From Candidatus Hydrogenedentota bacterium (GTDB lineage: Bacteria > Hydrogenedentota > Hydrogenedentia > Hydrogenedentales > JAJRTN01): a stretch of DNA of 64,000 bases. Position 1 is the stretch's first letter. Each line of letters opens with the position of its first letter. The notes below the pieces were generated by a model that was given only the letters and a program-made list of their open reading frames with translations, made no database searches and was not told where the DNA came from. A program made the translations under genes and the position numbers. The stretch covers positions 19,993 to 83,992 of the forward strand of contig JAJRTN010000002.1 in NCBI GenBank assembly GCA_024278275.1, in the 5' to 3' direction. Of this stretch, positions 21,201-30,756 are shown one piece after another.

Positions 21201-24200
21201 TCGCCGTCCACGTCATGGCTCCCCCCGCCGTTGAGGGTCACCATGTCGGTAACGAAGTGGGTTTGATCGGGACCCGCGTCGGCTACGGGCGGGCTGTTCT
21301 CCGTGGTGATCACCACCGTGTCCGGCGCGCTGTCCACCGTACCGTCGTTCACCACCAGTTGCAGCACATAGACACCCGGCAGGTCGATCACAAAGGTGGG
21401 CGATACTGCGGTGGGGTCGTCAAGCACGGCGGCACTCTTGGTGGCGCCCCCCGACGGCTTCGATACGAAACTCCAGGCATAGGTGAGCGGATCGCCGTCC
21501 ACATCGGAGCTTCCGCTGCCGTTAAGGGTCACCGTTTCCGTGACCAGCCGGGTCTGGTCTGGGCCCGCATCGGCCACGGGCGGGCTGTTCTCCGTGGTGA
21601 TCACCACCGTGTCCGGCGCGCTGTCCACCGTACCGTCGTTCACCACCAGTTGCAAAATATAGGTGCCCGGCAGGTCGATAACAAAGGTGGGCGATACCGC
21701 GGTGGGGTCGTCAAGCACGGCGGCACTCTTGGTGTCGCCTCCCGACGGCTTCGATACGAAACTCCAGGCATAGGTGAGCGGGTCGCCGTCCACGTCGGAG
21801 CTTCTGCTGCCGTTGAGGGTCACCGTTTCCGTGACCAGCCGGGTTTGATCAGGGCCCGCGTCGGCCACGGGCGGGCTGTTCTCCGTGGTGATCACCACCG
21901 TGTCCGGCGCGCTGTCCACCGTACCGTCGTTCACGATGAGTTGCAGGACATACTGGCCGGGAAGGTCAATGACGAAAGACGGGCCAACAGCGGCGGGATC
22001 ATCGAGCGCGGCCGTGCTTGTCGTCGTGCCGTCCGCGCCCCGTGGCACGGGAAGGAAGCTCCAGGAATAGGTGAGGGGATCGCCGTCCACATCGCTGCTG
22101 CCACTGCCGTCGAGCGTGACTCTTTGGGTTACGAGGCGGGTCTGGTCCGGCCCCGCGTCGGCCACTGGAGGACTGTTTACCGTACTCACCACCACCGTAT
22201 CGGGGGCACTGTCCACGGTGCCATCGTTCACCACCAGTTGGAGAATGTACTCGCCGGGGAGATCCACCACGAAGCTCGGACTGACGGCGGTGGGATCGTC
22301 GAGAACGGCGTTGCTTTTTGCGCCGCCCTCATCTCCCGGCTTGGAGACAAAACGCCAGGAGAAAGTGAGCGGGTCGCCGTCCACGTCGCTGCTGCCCCGG
22401 CCATCCAGCGTGGCCGTCTCGGTGACCCGCCGCGTCTGGTCCGGCCCCGCGTCGGCCACGGGAGGACTGTTTACCGTGCTCACCACCACCGTATCGGGGG
22501 CACTGTCCACGGTGCCATCGTTCACCACCAGTTGGAGGATGTACTCGCCGGGGAGATCCACCACGAAGCTCGGGTTTACCGCGGTGGGGTCATCCAGGGT
22601 GGCCGTACTCTCACCCCCCTCGCCCCCTCCCGGCCGGGACACGAAACGCCAGGAATACGTCAAGGGATCGCCGTCCACATCGCTGCTGCCTCGGCCATCC
22701 AGCGTAGCCGTTTCGGTGACCCGCCGCGTCTGGTCCGGCCCCGCGTCGGCCACGGGAGGACTGTTCTCCGTGCTCACCACCACGGTATCCGCTTCGCTGT
22801 CCACCGTGCCGTCGTTGACGACAAGCTGCAAGACATAGTTGCCGGGGAGATCCACCACGAAACTCGGGCGCACGGCGGTGACATCGGTCAAAGCCGCGGC
22901 GCTGCCCGCCGGCATGGAGACAAAGCGCCAGGCATAGGCCAGGGGATCACCATCCACGTCACTGCTGCCGCTGCCATCCAGCGTGGCCGTCTCCGTCACG
23001 AGGCGGGTTTGATCCGCCCCCGCGTCGGCCACGGGCGGACTGTTCTCCGTGCTCACCACCACGGTGTCCGGTTCGCTGTCCACCGTGCCGTCGTTGACGA
23101 CAAGCTGCAAGACATAGTTGCCGGGGAGATCCACCACGAAACTCGGGTTTACCGTGGTGGGGTCATCCAACGTGGCCGTGCTTTTCCCGCCCTCATCGCC
23201 TTCGGGCCGGGACACAAAGCTCCAGGAATAGGTCAGGGGGTCACCATCCACATCGCTGCTGCCGCTGCCGTCCAGCGTGGCCGTCTCGGTGACCAACCGC
23301 GTCTGGTCCGGCCCCGCGTCGGCCACGGGAGGACTGTTGTCCGTGCTTACCACCACGGTGTCCGCTTCGCTGTCCACCGTGCCATCGTTGACGACAAGCT
23401 GCAAGACATAGTTGCCGGGGAGATCCACCACGAAACTCGGCGTGACGGAGGTGGGATCGTCCAGAACCGCCGCGCTTTTATCGCCTGAGTTCCCTTCGGG
23501 TTTGGAGACAAAGCTCCAGGCAAAGGTCAGGGGATCGCCGTCCACGTCGCTGCTGCCGCTGCCATCCAGCGTGGCCGTCTCCGTCACGAGGCGGGTTTGA
23601 TCCGCCCCCGCGTCGGCCACGGGCGGGCTGTTGTCCGTGCTCACCACGACGGTGTCCGGCTCGCTGTCCACCGTATCGTCATTAACGACAAGTTGCACCA
23701 CGTAATCGCCCGGCACATCAATGGTGAAACGCGGACTCACCGTATCCGCGCCGTTCAGCGCGGCGGCACTGCCCCCGGGGATGGAAACAAAGCTCCAGGA
23801 GAAGGTCAGGGGATCGCCGTCCACGTCGCTGCTGCCGCTGCCGTCCAGCGTGGCCGTCTCCGTCACGAGGCGGGTTTGATCCGGCCCCGCGTCGGCCACG
23901 GGCGGACTGTTGTCCGTGCTCACCACGACGGTGTCCGGCTCGCTGTCGGCATCACCGTCGTTCACCACCAGTTGAATCACGTAATCACCGGGCGCGTCGA
24001 TGGTGAAACGGGGAGACACGGAGGCCGCGTCGCTCAGCTCGCTCGAACTGAGCGCGGGACGGGAGACGAAACTCCAGGAAAAAGTCAGGGGATCGCCATC
24101 CGCATCTGAACTGCCGCTGCCGTCAAGCGTGGCCGTTTGCCCGACGAGACGGGTCTGATCCGGGCCGGCATCGGCCGTGGGGACCGTGTTGAGCGTACTC

Positions 24201-25471
24201 ACCACGACGGTGTCCGGGGCGCTGCTGTCCCAGGGATCGCTTACAACCAGCCGCGCCGTGTAAAGCCCCGGCAGGTCCGCCGTGAAGGTGGGTTGGGCCG
24301 AAGCCGGGTTATCCAGCGCGGCCGTGCTGCCCGCCGGAAAACCCACCAGTTGCCACGCGAACGTAAGGGGGTCGCCATCCGGGTCGAAGCTGCCCCGGCC
24401 GTCGAGCGTGACGGCGGCCCCCAGCACCACGCGATGATCCGGGCCGGCCTTCGCCACGGGAATCCCGTTGGTCGCCGTCACCACCACGGTGTCGGGGGCG
24501 CTGTCGTTCCAGGGGTCGCTTACGACCAATTCCACCGTATAAACGCCCGGCAGATCCGCCGTGAAAGCGGGTTGCGAAGCCGCGGGATCGTCCAGCACGG
24601 CCGTGCTGCCCACCGGGACATTGACCAACAGCCAGGCAAACGTCAGGGGATCCCCGTTCGGATCCGAACTGTTGCGGCCGTCCAACGTGACCACCGTCCC
24701 CGGTGACACATTCTGATCATTCCCGGCGTCGGCCATGGGTATTCCGTTGGGCAGCATTTCAACGGTCACGGTATCGCTGTCCGAGAGGCTTCCGTCATCG
24801 ACGGTAAGCTCGAATACATAGGCACCCGCCACATCCGGCGTCACGGTGGGATTCGCGCTGTTGGCCCCGTTTATGTTTTCGGTGGAAAGCCGGCTGGCCT
24901 CCGGCACGGTGAGCAGCACCCACGCGAAAGCCAGGGGATCCCCGTCGGGATCTTCCGAGCCGCTGCCATCGAGTTGTACTTCCGTGTTGAAGCCGACCTG
25001 CTGGTCCACGCCCGCGTCCGCCACCGGCGGTTGATTCGGATCGGTGATGGTGATGAACGCCGGTTTCTTCAGTTCAATCACAACCGTTTCGTCCGCCTTG
25101 GCGCCCGGCGGATTCTCGGAAACCGTTACGGACAGGGTAATGTCGAAAACACCCGCGGTGTTGTACACATGCGTGGCGGTCCGACCGGCACCCCGGGCGC
25201 CATCGCCAAAGTCCCACGCCCACCCCCGGACATAAAGCATGGACGCGCCGGGGTCCTCACCGCGAAACTTCTCCGCGAGCACGTAGGGATCCACCGCCTC
25301 GGCCGTGCCCACGAAAGTAACCGATGTTCCGGGCGGGCCGCTGTGGGGCGCGCCGTCGAAATCGATGATGACACGGTCTCCCACGGGACAACCGGCGAGC
25401 ATGCACGCCGCGAAGAGAACCACTGCCACACCGAGGGTCTTGGATGATACCCGCCAGTGCATTCTATTCAT
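18257..25471 (-). CDS. Giant surface lipoprotein: PKD domain, ~17 PKD/REJ-like repeats, 5 DUF5011-like Ig domains, C-terminal beta-sandwich
   Basis: Lipobox LAGC; WDFGDG; repeated PVADAGPDQ..LDGSGSSDVDGDPL..W..PGxYxxQLVVNDG; DTTPP..ECG..PGA.A.D repeats; GAGGAG RBS. Confidence 0.9.
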   Translation of the reverse strand: MNRMHWRVSSKTLGVAVVLFAACMLAGCPVGDRVIIDFDGAPHSGPPGTSVTFVGTAEAVDPYVLAEKFRGEDPGASMLYVRGWAWDFGDGARGAGRTATHVYNTAGVFDITLSVTVSENPPGAKADETVVIELKKPAFITITDPNQPPVADAGVDQQVGFNTEVQLDGSGSEDPDGDPLAFAWVLLTVPEASRLSTENINGANSANPTVTPDVAGAYVFELTVDDGSLSDSDTVTVEMLPNGIPMADAGNDQNVSPGTVVTLDGRNSSDPNGDPLTFAWLLVNVPVGSTAVLDDPAASQPAFTADLPGVYTVELVVSDPWNDSAPDTVVVTATNGIPVAKAGPDHRVVLGAAVTLDGRGSFDPDGDPLTFAWQLVGFPAGSTAALDNPASAQPTFTADLPGLYTARLVVSDPWDSSAPDTVVVSTLNTVPTADAGPDQTRLVGQTATLDGSGSSDADGDPLTFSWSFVSRPALSSSELSDAASVSPRFTIDAPGDYVIQLVVNDGDADSEPDTVVVSTDNSPPVADAGPDQTRLVTETATLDGSGSSDVDGDPLTFSWSFVSIPGGSAAALNGADTVSPRFTIDVPGDYVVQLVVNDDTVDSEPDTVVVSTDNSPPVADAGADQTRLVTETATLDGSGSSDVDGDPLTFAWSFVSKPEGNSGDKSAAVLDDPTSVTPSFVVDLPGNYVLQLVVNDGTVDSEADTVVVSTDNSPPVADAGPDQTRLVTETATLDGSGSSDVDGDPLTYSWSFVSRPEGDEGGKSTATLDDPTTVNPSFVVDLPGNYVLQLVVNDGTVDSEPDTVVVSTENSPPVADAGADQTRLVTETATLDGSGSSDVDGDPLAYAWRFVSMPAGSAAALTDVTAVRPSFVVDLPGNYVLQLVVNDGTVDSEADTVVVSTENSPPVADAGPDQTRRVTETATLDGRGSSDVDGDPLTYSWRFVSRPGGGEGGESTATLDDPTAVNPSFVVDLPGEYILQLVVNDGTVDSAPDTVVVSTVNSPPVADAGPDQTRRVTETATLDGRGSSDVDGDPLTFSWRFVSKPGDEGGAKSNAVLDDPTAVSPSFVVDLPGEYILQLVVNDGTVDSAPDTVVVSTVNSPPVADAGPDQTRLVTQRVTLDGSGSSDVDGDPLTYSWSFLPVPRGADGTTTSTAALDDPAAVGPSFVIDLPGQYVLQLIVNDGTVDSAPDTVVITTENSPPVADAGPDQTRLVTETVTLNGSRSSDVDGDPLTYAWSFVSKPSGGDTKSAAVLDDPTAVSPTFVIDLPGTYILQLVVNDGTVDSAPDTVVITTENSPPVADAGPDQTRLVTETVTLNGSGSSDVDGDPLTYAWSFVSKPSGGATKSAAVLDDPTAVSPTFVIDLPGVYVLQLVVNDGTVDSAPDTVVITTENSPPVADAGPDQTHFVTDMVTLNGGGSHDVDGDPLTYAWSFLSVPGVSPDQSTATLSNPASPTPTFVIDLPGTYVVQLIVNDGTVDSAPDTVVITTENSPPVADAGPDQSGRVFDTITLDGSGSSDVDGDSLIFAWSVVSSPDGVADPSALLNDATAVQPFFTIEAGGTYIFQLVVNDGTVDSVPDTVVVTTENTPPVADAGADQTGRVFDTITLDGTASFDVDNDPLTYSWSFLSKPEQGGPAKSTAQLVGADTATPSFIIDVAGTYVLQLIVNDGTADSAPDTVQVTTENTPPVADAGPDREVPITDDVMLDGTGSFDVDNDPLTYRWSVLSVPLGGDQQEKAGPFDFILDDVTSPTPSFFPEAPGDYVFQLIVNDGTVDSLPDGVVITAVNQPPTITLIGDGALTLECGTPYQEAGAVVSDPESGDISHRLNISGTVDAGTPGEYTLTYTASDIFGAEADPVTRTVTVEDTTTPDIELEPFDGPPLHIECGSNTPIPGASATDTCDTQTPIPVDRDTGGLDLFAPGTYTVTYSATDGAGNTGTVELTVIVEDTTPPVLEILGADPLTVECGDPYVDPGAVATDTCEGDLNNVTIDDSQVDTTVPGTYAVGFSVSDGAGNTATGSRTVVVEDTTPPGITFIGPSVQTVECGTSYEELGAVAEDNCDPDPFLEINVIDENTSVTGSFLVVYTATDAAGNTASRTRTVIVEDTIPPEITQVDPGPLHLNCGGYLLIPGATAIDQCDGETVVQIDVSGVNMQTRGEYQVIYRSTDNAGNTGESIRTVFIEGICPLENGTVCPDGGLPRGALVYQAGFEVDLDGFILDNTAGSGNGLWHRSAACYGPNAIDGTPTMLYFGQDDTCDYDTGQATGGLATSPTISLPGGAGTATLVFNYFLITEGASGSTTDYAAVLVFESGSGFETLADNSDGAGVVKAVIFQLCDDAPIPDGGQAKILPPGSVVNWYTAVIDISRFRGSDINVQFLFDSGDQNINFLPGFAVDNVTVYASPEPTP
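20130..25035 (-). repeat. Intragenic tandem repeats of about 280-300 bp
   Basis: Near-identical DNA units (e.g. gtccaccgtgccgtcgtt, ggccccgcgtcggccacggg) recur about 17 times. Confidence 0.9.
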
Positions 25472-26047
25472 GAGATGACTCCTCGTAGTGCTCAGGTCAC
25501 ACACAGGCACCAGGCACACCACCTCCCCGCCGGTCCCGGCCAACGCGATGACCGTACACACTTCCGATAGTACGCATGCTGCTCAAATCTATATCGTTAT
25601 GGGGCATTTTATCATGCCTCGTGCCATTGGGCAACGCGACAAAAAACAAGGCAAAAAACAAGGCCGATGGTTGTCGATTGTTTAGTGCCAGTTGCGAAAA
25701 GGCGATTTTCAGCGTAACCGCCCCATGCTCCTGCATGTTGTGGTTATCCTGGCCGCAACATACCAAGAATCAGGACCAAACGCGGTCCTGTGGATGGCAC
25801 GTGAAAAGCTCCTCCATTTTTCGCAAAATGCCTCTTTATGCAAATGTCCTGTAAACCGTAGTATACTCCGGCTTGACATGCAGCCCGGCAAAAGGCGTCC
25901 CGATTGGGCAGGGGTCTCCCCAGGCCGGAATGTTGACAGGCTTGTGAACCTCTGGTAGGTTACCGTTTGGGGCAAGGGAGGCTGTATGCCGGATGGACCG
26001 CACAACGTGCCCAGCTCCCGGCAAAACCGGGAAGGAGATATGGACCA

Positions 26048-27643
26048 ATGCGCCACCCACGGACACTCAGGATTGTCGCGCTGCTGACCATGGCTCTTTC
26101 TTTTGCCCCCGGCGGACGTGCCGCGTTGCAGAACGTCCAGGTGGGCGGCGAAGTGCGCATTCGCGGAAACTATTGGTACAACACCTTTAACGGCGGGCTG
26201 GCGCCTGGTGTCGTGCGGCCGGTCGCCCGTATCCCCGGTGCCTTCTTTGGCGGCCGGGCCATCGGGGACGCCCTGGGTGGTCAGCGTCCCACGAGTTACT
26301 ACGATTGGGATTCCCGGGGGGCGGATTACCGGCTCACGGAGCAGCGCACCGTGCTCAACCTCCAGGCGGATTTCTCCGATGGCGTATCCACCCATGTCGC
26401 GTTGGAGTCCTTCGACATCTGGGGAGAGGACTTCCGCTCAAACTATGTAACCGGCGTGGATGGACGTGCGGCGAGCGTGGACGATGTTGAAGTGTACGAG
26501 GCCTATATGGACGTGTCCGATCTCTTCGGCTCTCCCCTTCGTCTGCGCGTGGGACGTCAGGAACTGGTTCTGGGCAGGGGCTGGCTGGTGGGCAACGGCG
26601 ACGCCCAACCCGAGTTTCGCGGGCTTTCCTTTGACGGCGTGCGCCTGACCTACGTTCTCGACAACCTGGCGGTCGATGCCTTCTGGGCCAAACTCGCCGA
26701 ACGCAGTCCCGTCGAGACGGACGGCGATATTGATTTCTACGGCATCTACGGCAGTTACACGGGCGTGAACAACCTGGTGCTGGACGCCTATTGGCTGTTC
26801 CTGCGCGATGCGCGTCACATTGAAGACACCCCAAGCGTGCCCCTGCGCAACGCGGTCGAAAACCTGGCAGGCGTCGATGACTATGGCGTGACACGCCTCC
26901 ACACCCTCGGCGCGCGCGTGGCGGGAACCTGGGGCGCCTTCGACCTGGAAGCCGAAGTGGCCTACCAGTTTGGACAGGCCGATCAGGTCGGCCGCCTTTT
27001 CCGGCCTTTCACCTACGGGGATGACGGTGCCACCTTCGACGCCCTGGCCGCCACGCTTGAATTGGGCTACACCCTCGACATGGCCTGGCAGCCGCGGTTT
27101 TTCGCCGGCGGCGCCTACTTCGAGGGCGAAGACAACCGCGGCCAGAGTTTCGGCGAATGGCTCAACCCCTTGGACAAGCCCAAAGCCAGCATCAGCTTTA
27201 ACCGGCTTTTCTCGAACGTGTCCTACAGCTACTTTCTCGACGACATGGCGCAACTGTCCAACGTGTGGACCCTGCGTGCCGGTCTTTCCGCGTCACCCAC
27301 CGAGCAGCTTGCCTTGAAGGCGCACGTGGCCTGGTTCGGCGCCCTGGAAACCTTCGACCTGCCCCGCCCGCTCATTATGTTCCGGGGCGCGCCCCTGGGA
27401 ATCGTGAATCCTTTTACCTTTATCACCCGCAACGCGGACGACAACCTCGGTTGGGAGACCAACCTCGCCGCGACCTATCGCTACACAGACGACCTCGAGG
27501 TGGAAACCGGCTGGTCCCACCTCTTCACGGGGGACGGGCTGAAAGACGGGAATTACGTGGATCTGAACGGCCTGCTTTTCAACCGCGGCACGGACAACCA
27601 GGACGCCGATTATCTCTACTGGCAGTTCCTGGTGCGGTTCTAG
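26048..27643 (+). CDS. Alginate export family outer-membrane porin
   Basis: Signal peptide, VQVGGEVRIRGN, LRVGRQEL, FDGVRL, terminal F. Confidence 0.8.
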   Translation: MRHPRTLRIVALLTMALSFAPGGRAALQNVQVGGEVRIRGNYWYNTFNGGLAPGVVRPVARIPGAFFGGRAIGDALGGQRPTSYYDWDSRGADYRLTEQRTVLNLQADFSDGVSTHVALESFDIWGEDFRSNYVTGVDGRAASVDDVEVYEAYMDVSDLFGSPLRLRVGRQELVLGRGWLVGNGDAQPEFRGLSFDGVRLTYVLDNLAVDAFWAKLAERSPVETDGDIDFYGIYGSYTGVNNLVLDAYWLFLRDARHIEDTPSVPLRNAVENLAGVDDYGVTRLHTLGARVAGTWGAFDLEAEVAYQFGQADQVGRLFRPFTYGDDGATFDALAATLELGYTLDMAWQPRFFAGGAYFEGEDNRGQSFGEWLNPLDKPKASISFNRLFSNVSYSYFLDDMAQLSNVWTLRAGLSASPTEQLALKAHVAWFGALETFDLPRPLIMFRGAPLGIVNPFTFITRNADDNLGWETNLAATYRYTDDLEVETGWSHLFTGDGLKDGNYVDLNGLLFNRGTDNQDADYLYWQFLVRF

Positions 27644-27671
27644 CGGAGAAACCCATGCGCCGGACTTCCCC

Positions 27672-28292
27672 ATGAAGCGGCTGCTCCTTTTCGATTTCGA
27701 CGGTGTGATCGCGGATTCCCTCGATGTGTTTGCCCGGGTTTTCATGGCGCAATGCCGTGCCCGGGGCTTCGACCGGATCGCCACCACACAGGATTTCCTG
27801 GCGTTTTTCGACGGAAACTTCGTGCAGGGTTTGCGCAAGGTCGGCTTCCATCCCTTCAAAATACGCCGGCTCCTCAGGGCCTTTACACCGAAAATTGCCG
27901 AAGCAATGTCGGAGGTCCAGCCTTTTGACGGAATGACCCCGCTCCTCTCCGACGCGGCCCGCACGCACCCCACCTACGTGATCACTTCCAGCATGACGCC
28001 GGTGGTTGAAGATTTTCTCACGCACCATGGGGTAACGGGGCTGCGGGCCGTCCTTGGCGCGGACCGGGAACCAAGCAAAGTAAAGAAGATCCGTGGCGCC
28101 GTCCGCCGCCATCCCGGCCTGCCGGCCTACTACGTGGGCGACACCCGGGGCGACATGATCGAGGGGCGTGAGGCGGGCAGTATCACCGTAGCGGTCACCT
28201 GGGGATGGCACGAAACATCCCGCCTTCGTGGCGCGTGTCCCGACCATGTGGTCCACACGCCTGACGATTTACGGAAATTGCTCGGGCTGTAA
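27672..28292 (+). CDS. HAD family phosphatase
   Basis: FDFDGVIADS, YVGDTRGD, VTWGW. Confidence 0.9.
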   Translation: MKRLLLFDFDGVIADSLDVFARVFMAQCRARGFDRIATTQDFLAFFDGNFVQGLRKVGFHPFKIRRLLRAFTPKIAEAMSEVQPFDGMTPLLSDAARTHPTYVITSSMTPVVEDFLTHHGVTGLRAVLGADREPSKVKKIRGAVRRHPGLPAYYVGDTRGDMIEGREAGSITVAVTWGWHETSRLRGACPDHVVHTPDDLRKLLGL

Positions 28293-28402
28293 ATCCGCGT
28301 CAACCGCCCCATGAACCGGGAAAAATAGTTTTTATCATTGTGCGCCTGAACTTGGCTTTACGTGAGTTCCATGGTATAGTTTATTGGATTGATGGGAATC
28401 CA

Positions 28403-28765
28403 ATGGAGAACGTGTTGGACCGTGACATCCTCACCATGGCCCAAGTGGCCGAAGCCCTTTCCATGGAAGCGCCCTCCGTTCGGGCCTTGCTTGAAGCGGG
28501 AGAACTCCCCGGCCGGCGTATTGGCTATCAATGGTATGTCACCCGCCGCAAGCTGCTGGCCTTCATCGAAGGCGGAGAGGCCGGCTCAGACCGGTCGGCG
28601 TCCGCGCCCAAACCGCCGCCTTCGGTGGACACCAATGTCTTCCCGTTGAATAATGGATGGCGTTGCGGTCGCTGCGACCAGGCGAACGAGCCCGACCGAG
28701 TGGAATGCGCACACTGCGGACGGGCCCGCTCCGTGCCGCTGATCAACTTTCGGTTGGGGACCTGA
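28403..28765 (+). CDS. Xis-like HTH protein with C-terminal RanBP2-type zinc finger
   Basis: LTMAQVAEAL..GELPGRRIGYQW; WRCGRCDQANEPDRVECAHCG. Confidence 0.75.
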   Translation: MENVLDRDILTMAQVAEALSMEAPSVRALLEAGELPGRRIGYQWYVTRRKLLAFIEGGEAGSDRSASAPKPPPSVDTNVFPLNNGWRCGRCDQANEPDRVECAHCGRARSVPLINFRLGT

Positions 28766-29144
28766 CCGCCTCGGTTACCCCCGGTTTCCGCCGCCACCAG
28801 CGCCACAAGAAGGTTCGCATGAGCAGCGCGCCCACGCCGTCCGCCAACAGATCGAAGTAATCAAACGTGCGGTGGGGCACGAAACGCTGGTGGAATTCAT
28901 CGGTCAACGCGTAGAGCACGGCGAAAAGAACAGGCCCCCAAAAAGCCTTCCATCCCCGTGTACGCCCTCCCGACCAGTACACCCCCATGGATACCACGGC
29001 GGTCAGCCCGGCGTAGATCAAGGCATGGACGATTTTGTCCAGGTGAGGGATGGACAGGCCCACATCGGGAACATGGGACCGGGCGGAGAGTCCGAAGATC
29101 AGGGCGCAGTAGATCGCGGTCGGCAGCCAGTAACGCAGTTTCAC
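28743..29144 (-). CDS. VanZ family membrane protein
   Basis: DKIVHALIY, DEFHQRFVPHR..DLLAD. Confidence 0.9.
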   Translation of the reverse strand: MKLRYWLPTAIYCALIFGLSARSHVPDVGLSIPHLDKIVHALIYAGLTAVVSMGVYWSGGRTRGWKAFWGPVLFAVLYALTDEFHQRFVPHRTFDYFDLLADGVGALLMRTFLWRWWRRKPGVTEAVRSPTES

Positions 29145-29301
29145 CGGGTGGGTTTCTCCTCTGGGCGGTGGCGGAGAAGGCAACGCGTGAATGGATGGAG
29201 ACCGGCCCGGACATGGTCAGGGGGCCGTGCCTGTCCGTGTTGACTCGTGTTCGTCCTCTCCCTCGCTTGCGGCGTGTCGCCGGATTCCGTATGCTTTTGT
29301 C

Positions 29302-30297
29302 ATGGCAGGGCGATTATACACCCCCCAGCGGCTGCCGGGAATACGCGAGGTGCTGTTACGCCTGGCTTTCGTGGTGGTGCTGATCCTGGGCGCGACCCTA
29401 ATCGTGTATTTCGAGGGCGGGCTGGTTGATACGCGCAGTGGCGCACGACCGGGCATTCTTGACAGCTTCTACTTTGCCGTGGTCACCATCACCACGGTGG
29501 GTTATGGCGACATCGTGCCCGTGGCGACCCACTCGCGCCTCATCGACGCGCTCTTGCTTGCGCCCATGCGCTTCATTTTCATACTGACCGTGTTTGGCAC
29601 GGCCTACCAGATTGCCCTTCGGCGCTTTCATGAGGGATACCGGATGAAACACGCGGTAAACAAACTCAACGGGCACAGCATCATCTGCGGTTGCGGCGCC
29701 ACGGGACGGGCGGCCATCCGGGAGCTGCTGCTTCAGGGCATCGCGCCCGAACAGATCGTGGCGGTGGACAACGACCCCGAGGCCCTCGAAGAGGGCGCCA
29801 CCCTGGGCGTGGTCACCGTCGATGGCGACGCCACGCGCGAACACGTGCTGGGTTCCATCGCCATCGACCGGGCGGCAAGTGTGCTGGTGTGCCCTTCCCG
29901 CGACGACACGGCGGTGCTGATCACCCTGACCGTTCGTTCCATGAACCCCGAGGCCCGGGTCATCGCCATGTGCCAGGAACCGGAGAATATGAAACTTCTG
30001 GAACGGAGCGGTGCCCACCACATTGTGAACCCCGCCCTGGCCGGCGGCACGCTCATGGCCGCCGCCACCCGCCGCCACCACCTGGCGGAGACCTTGACCG
30101 ACATGCTCAGCGTGGGCGGCCGCCTCCAACTTGACGAACGAACCGCCCGCGACGATGAAGTGGGACGGGCACCCGGCGACTTGGCCGGCCTTTCCGTTAT
30201 CCGCATCTATCGGGGCGACCGGCACTTCGATGTGCGCGACCTGCCCGAAATCCAAGCCGGTGACGTGCTGGTCTACGTGGCCCCCGCATCCGCTTGA
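29302..30297 (+). CDS. 2TM potassium channel with RCK (TrkA-N) domain
   Basis: Selectivity filter TTVGYGD; IICGCGATG Rossmann motif. Confidence 0.93.
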   Translation: MAGRLYTPQRLPGIREVLLRLAFVVVLILGATLIVYFEGGLVDTRSGARPGILDSFYFAVVTITTVGYGDIVPVATHSRLIDALLLAPMRFIFILTVFGTAYQIALRRFHEGYRMKHAVNKLNGHSIICGCGATGRAAIRELLLQGIAPEQIVAVDNDPEALEEGATLGVVTVDGDATREHVLGSIAIDRAASVLVCPSRDDTAVLITLTVRSMNPEARVIAMCQEPENMKLLERSGAHHIVNPALAGGTLMAAATRRHHLAETLTDMLSVGGRLQLDERTARDDEVGRAPGDLAGLSVIRIYRGDRHFDVRDLPEIQAGDVLVYVAPASA

Positions 30298-30655
30298 CAG
30301 GCATCGAAATCCGCTAAGCGCTCACGGGCTTTCATAATCCCTCATGGCGAGAAAGCCCGGGCGACCGTGGCAATCCGGGTCCCCAAGGACGCTCCCCTAC
30401 ACCGGGGGACCACATCACCGTGCCTTCGCAAAAGCATACCTTCCATCTCGCGCAACGGCTCGTTCCTTGCGCAACAGACTTTTGTCGGAGACGTCATCCC
30501 GGGTATGGAAAACCGCCGCTTCCGCGATGGCGCGTTTGAGCACATCCTGAATCCGAATTCGCTAAACGTACTCGGTAGAGCGGGCCAACGGGCGGGACGT
30601 CATGTCCAACGCTCCCCGGAACCTGTCCCACATGAACCACCACAAAAAAATACAT

Positions 30656-30713
30656 ACACAATATATTGTGTTATTCTTGAGAAGAAGTAAAAATATAGCC
30701 CATTATATAGCGT
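30656..30713. promoter_or_regulatory. NrdR-box pair 1
   Basis: ACACAATATATTGTGT (30656-30671, perfect palindrome matching the NrdR consensus) and GCCCATTATATAGCGT (30698-30713), 42 bp apart. Confidence 0.75.
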
Positions 30714-30756
30714 CCAAATCTTGCCAAACTTTTCCGGCCCGCCCATCTTCGATCTG

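Noticed and set aside
18173-23488. 1771 aa ORF on the + strand
   Set aside because: Antisense shadow of the repeat lipoprotein; its repeats mirror the real gene and it has no recognisable domain
20130-25035. Regular repeats with variable segments considered as a CRISPR array or DGR template/variable repeats
   Set aside because: Units are ~290 bp in-frame protein domains; no cas or reverse transcriptase gene, and no adenine-specific variation was noticed
25600-25815. Sigma54 promoters at TGGCAC motifs
   Set aside because: The -12 TTGC element is missing at the required spacing
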